Shown here: piece by piece, positions 60,473 through 64,000 of the stretch
Layout of the letters: each line of letters begins with the position of its first letter
Numbering within the stretch: the stretch's first letter is position 1
Assembly (NCBI GenBank): GCA_973895155.1
Contig: OZ316896.1
Coordinates: 1,612,001 to 1,676,000, forward strand
Length of the DNA: 64,000 nucleotides
Source: Marsupella aquatica
Taxonomy: Eukaryota > Plantae > Marchantiophyta
Direction: 5' to 3'
Program-made: the position numbers and the translations under genes
The notes under the pieces: generated by a model
The model's database searches: none
Seen by the model: only the letters and a program-made list of their open reading frames with translations
What the model was told of the DNA's origin: nothing

Positions 60473-62457
60473 TGTTAAACGCCCAGTTTGACTTGCGATT
60501 AACGGACGTCTAACTGCCTTCTTCGCAGTATCTCCCGCTTAAATGATCAACCGACCTTCTAGCGGGGTACTCCCCTCTTCCTCTATATAGTCCCCGTAAG
60601 TGAATCCTACCAAGTGCTCTATAATGTCTAACTCTTCCTTCCACCTCTTGGGCACGACTGCTTCAGTCAACACCAGACCCTCCCTGTAGATGATCTCGAT
60701 AAACCCACACCAGTAGTGGTAAGTAATTAAACAGATGGGAATACTCTCCTGGCGTAACGCCCGGGTAATCAGGTGGGAACCGATGGAACAGATCCACAAT
60801 TCCAGTGGTCTTAACTTAATCAAGGAGCAAGGCTTGTCCACCTTACTGTCTACATTCATGGTTGTTATAGTAGCAGTGACCGGGTTAGGTCCTGCTGTCC
60901 CTCAATCGGCCTTCCTGGCAATCGAGATGTCTTTGGCTAAATCAAGCAATTTAAATAGAGGTATCCGTAGTAGGAACCCCAATTTAACGGTTGACCCTGT
61001 ATGTTGAAGGTGTACGACGACCAAGGTCACGTCCTGGATACACACAATCTCCAACCAGACCTTGCTTCCCACGAGCTGTCTGTTAAATCGCTACCTTAAC
61101 GTGCTAAACCGTAAGGTCCTCACTCGTAGTGAGACGATTTCCATTCATCCCAGCGATTTACCATTAATCAACTTAACACATATTCCTAACGAGTACTTCG
61201 CGCAAACTCCCATAACCGCACTCCTCGACTCTCAGTATTAATCACGAATGCCCCTCCTTCGAATGACTTTCAAAGTTACTGCTTCTTCTAACTTGATTCA
61301 CAACATTCTTCCAACGTTGACTCTGGACTCTTACTCACCGCTCAAGCACAAGGTAACGAAGTTCCTCTGCACTCTATTGCATTCATACACATCTCTTTAT
61401 AATCGAAAACTACTCAAAACGAGTAGGGACACTAATACAAAACGCTGGTAATCTTGAGGTGAGTCCGGCTCTACCTCTCAACCAAGCTCCTAGCAAAAAG
61501 TGACAGAGCGCCTAGCGCTCCACAGCCTCTAAATACCTATGCATCGCGTCCATCTTTGCTGAGGTTTCTAACTACTTTTCGGGGCGCGCCGACTTCAGTT
61601 GGACGGTTCGCCCTTCAGCTGCGGTCTCCTGCGCTAATCTGCCAAGAAACTCTAACTGTCTCCTGCCAAGAACGATGAGCGAGCCAAGAACCATGTTTAC
61701 ATGTCAAGAAGATTCCCGTGGTTACTGAACTGTGCAACGACGCCCTTGATTCTCTTCTTTGATGGCGCCTGAACTGGAAGCTTCCGGACTTTCGATCGCC
61801 AATTCTGCTAAGTGTGAAACGACATTTAGGTTATCGTCCCCTTCCTTAGCGGTAGTCGCTTTGTTGGCAACGATTACTTGACCGACGGTGATTAATCGCC
61901 ATGCAATCCGTTGATCGCGGTTGTTATCCCGCCTTAGTACCAGATTCCACTTCTTCCGCATGACATTTCTACAAAATTCTCAATGGCCCCGCTGGTCGTG
62001 AATCGCTGACGAAACTCTTCGCCCTTCATTCCAAACAATTGTTGCCCGGCCTCATCCCAAACATGATAGCTCCCTTCTTTCACCCGAATGGTGAACATAA
62101 ACATAAGCACTCCTTCGCCTAGCGGTTTACACCTATGCCCTACTCGATTTCGGCTAATAGGGGTTCCCATGTCGGTCCCCTCTTGTCTTTTCTGTCGAGC
62201 CCTTGTGCCTAAGGCACAGACCTTGCCATCTGCTAGAAAGCCATCGCAACCTTCATAACAGAACTCTACTCCTATCCGGCCACTAATCGCGATGATCGTC
62301 GCCTCTCCTAATTCTAGCCTTTCCGCCATTCTAACAGGATGCAATGAACTGCTACCGGTCCTTGCGTGCTGCTCCCTAAATACCCTGGATTAACTTCTGG
62401 CTGACGCTTCTAAGACTAAAGGACTATAATTTAACCGGTGTAATGTTACCGTTTACA
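60473..62457. mobile_element. Solo LTR (family C, 1985 bp) carrying ORF remnants
   Basis: TGTTAAAC...GTTTACA termini; 5-bp TSD GCACC at 60468-60472 and 62458-62462. Confidence 0.85.
61880..62344 (-). pseudogene. RPA1 C-terminal (zinc-ribbon OB-fold)-like ORF, frameshifted near 61950
   Basis: FCYEGC..KVC..HRC..MFMFTIRV..HVWDEAGQQLFGMKGEEF..RKKWNLVL resembles Rep_fac-A_C. Confidence 0.55.
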
Positions 62458-64000
62458 GCACCCTGCTGCAATGTTTCCACCCTTGTGTTGGCCTGCTTGA
62501 GCGCATCTCTCAATGTGTGGGCAAGCTTGAGCCCCTCATGGGCCCCTTCACAAAATCCTATAATTCCGCCAAGTAGACCTCTGGAATGTCATAACCAAGG
62601 GGCTCCTCTGGGTTCCCCACCAGAGATTCTAGCCACTCCAATGTGTACTCCTCATCTTGGATGTCCTCCTCAACTTGACTGTCTCCTATTCCTGCTGACA
62701 CTGCTCGCACTTTCGTGACTTTCCCCGAGATGGTAGTGGCAATGCTGCGGATTTCCGTGGTAAGGGATGACCCCGCTTCTTCGGGCCCCGGGGAGGTAAT
62801 CAATCCTTCTACCCTGGCCAACAAAAATGACCCCATCAAATGCAAAGCTTCTCCTGGTTTCAGACTCTTGGGTTTAGTAGCCAATAGCTTTGTCAATCCG
62901 TAATACCACCATCCGTAAGCATGGGCTGGATATTTCCAAATATCCAGAGCAATTATGAAATGCTCCCCGTTCACTACCCCGTATTGCACATTACCGAGGA
63001 CCCGTTGATGAACCTTGGCCAGAAATCCCTTGTGTGCTGCATCCTTGACAGCCGAGAGATGAATGGCCGTGGTGGAGGTAGGATTGTTCACCCAGCATGC
63101 CACCATTGTCAACGTGAGATCCCCGACGATGTGTCGCGGGGTGAATAAGAACTGCTGGTTCTCCAAAAACAAAAGCTTAGCCAATTCGGCATGAGGTACC
63201 AAACGCTGAATACATGCAAAATAAATCCCCTCCGTGCGCAATTCCATTCCAGCCTCCAAGTCCCAACTCTTCCCTGGAGGGATTCTAATCTCTACTCTCA
63301 TGAAGTCGGTGAGCCCGGTGGCCTGGAACATAGCTTTGCAATCCTCCATCACCTGGCAGAGGTCTTGGGATAAATTCGACGAAAAACCTTCCTCATAACC
63401 GGTGCTGGACTTGCTGCCGGTCCAGTGCTCATTGCCGCTCTTCTTTCTTCTCTCTCCTCCTCAATTAGTGTCGCAATGTACTCATGGTAAGCGGCCTTGT
63501 ATCTACAAATGCGAGTCGCGCTGAACTCAGGCTGATCAAGCATCCATGCCCAGGAACAATTCCCAATCACAAAATCCGGTCACCACATTCAAATCCTGGC
63601 CCGAATGGCCCCCGTATCACGATTAAGAACCATCCTCAATTTCCCCAAAAGTCACTCCATGCCCTCGCCGCCAATGCCTGGAAAAAAGTGAGCCACCAAT
63701 CTTCAATAATTAACCATGAGAGAGCTTCAAAAATAATTGCAAGAGCTGGAGAGAGCTTTCGGCAATGAGGGAAGTCACGCACGGCGGAGAAAGGAGAGGA
63801 AAGAAAAACCAAAGGAAAAATAACAAAAAAAAGAACAAAGGGGAACCGAGTTCTCCCCTTTATCTCCAGTCCTCATGTCTCTGCGCCTGCCCTGACTCGC
63901 GGCTGCCTGCTACCACCTGGCTACGGCCTCCCGACTACCGGGAGCATTAATGCCCCCCCGGCTGGCCACGGCATCGCCTCGCGGTTGCCTGCCCCAACTC

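Larger units (their letters stand above)
59694..63570 (-). pseudogene. Disrupted accessory ORF of LTR family B (coiled-coil C-terminal half)
   Basis: Pieces 63349-63570, 62558-63352, 60272-60460 and 59840-60242, ending ETNSRGSSHGTVSEEEEED* at 59694. Interrupted by 60473-62457. Confidence 0.65.
58589..64000 (-). mobile_element. LTR retrotransposon family B end, running past the window end
   Basis: Begins TGTCACCTGCTTATC like solo LTR 47083; contains a disrupted accessory ORF. Confidence 0.75.

Overview
Eukaryotic, land-plant nuclear DNA; the PPR, L-type lectin and Sec14 gene styles suggest a bryophyte or other early-diverging plant, which is inference. About 6 kb of host genes (P-class PPR, a receptor-kinase pseudogene fragment, an L-type lectin ORF) is followed by about 58 kb of nested mobile DNA. 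(1) A family of large DNA transposons has 13-bp CCCTGGGCCC(Y)(Y)A TIRs and perfect 8-bp TSDs: E1 7295-33031, E2 20862-31581 inserted in the E1 transposase gene, and non-autonomous E3 33969-35043. They encode a ~1540-aa P-element-superfamily-like DDE transposase with H-x5-H zinc fingers. (2) In both coding copies the transposase is preceded by a ~510-560-nt non-coding, exon-like segment with invariant motifs, compensatory base changes and several candidate pseudoknots. This looks like an undescribed large structured RNA and is the top finding. (3) Three LTR families appear to carry protein-coding ORFs inside the LTR itself: a 4-kb Gypsy 3' LTR with an intact 884-aa ORF, plus TG..CA solo LTRs with 5-bp TSDs, one with an RPA1-like OB fold. 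(4) Also present: several MITEs, an ~800-bp inverted-repeat-flanked cargo region with a truncated Sec14 gene, and a fragmented RING-type SNF2 pseudogene beside a PIF1-like helicase remnant. All calls were made by eye; no searches were run.
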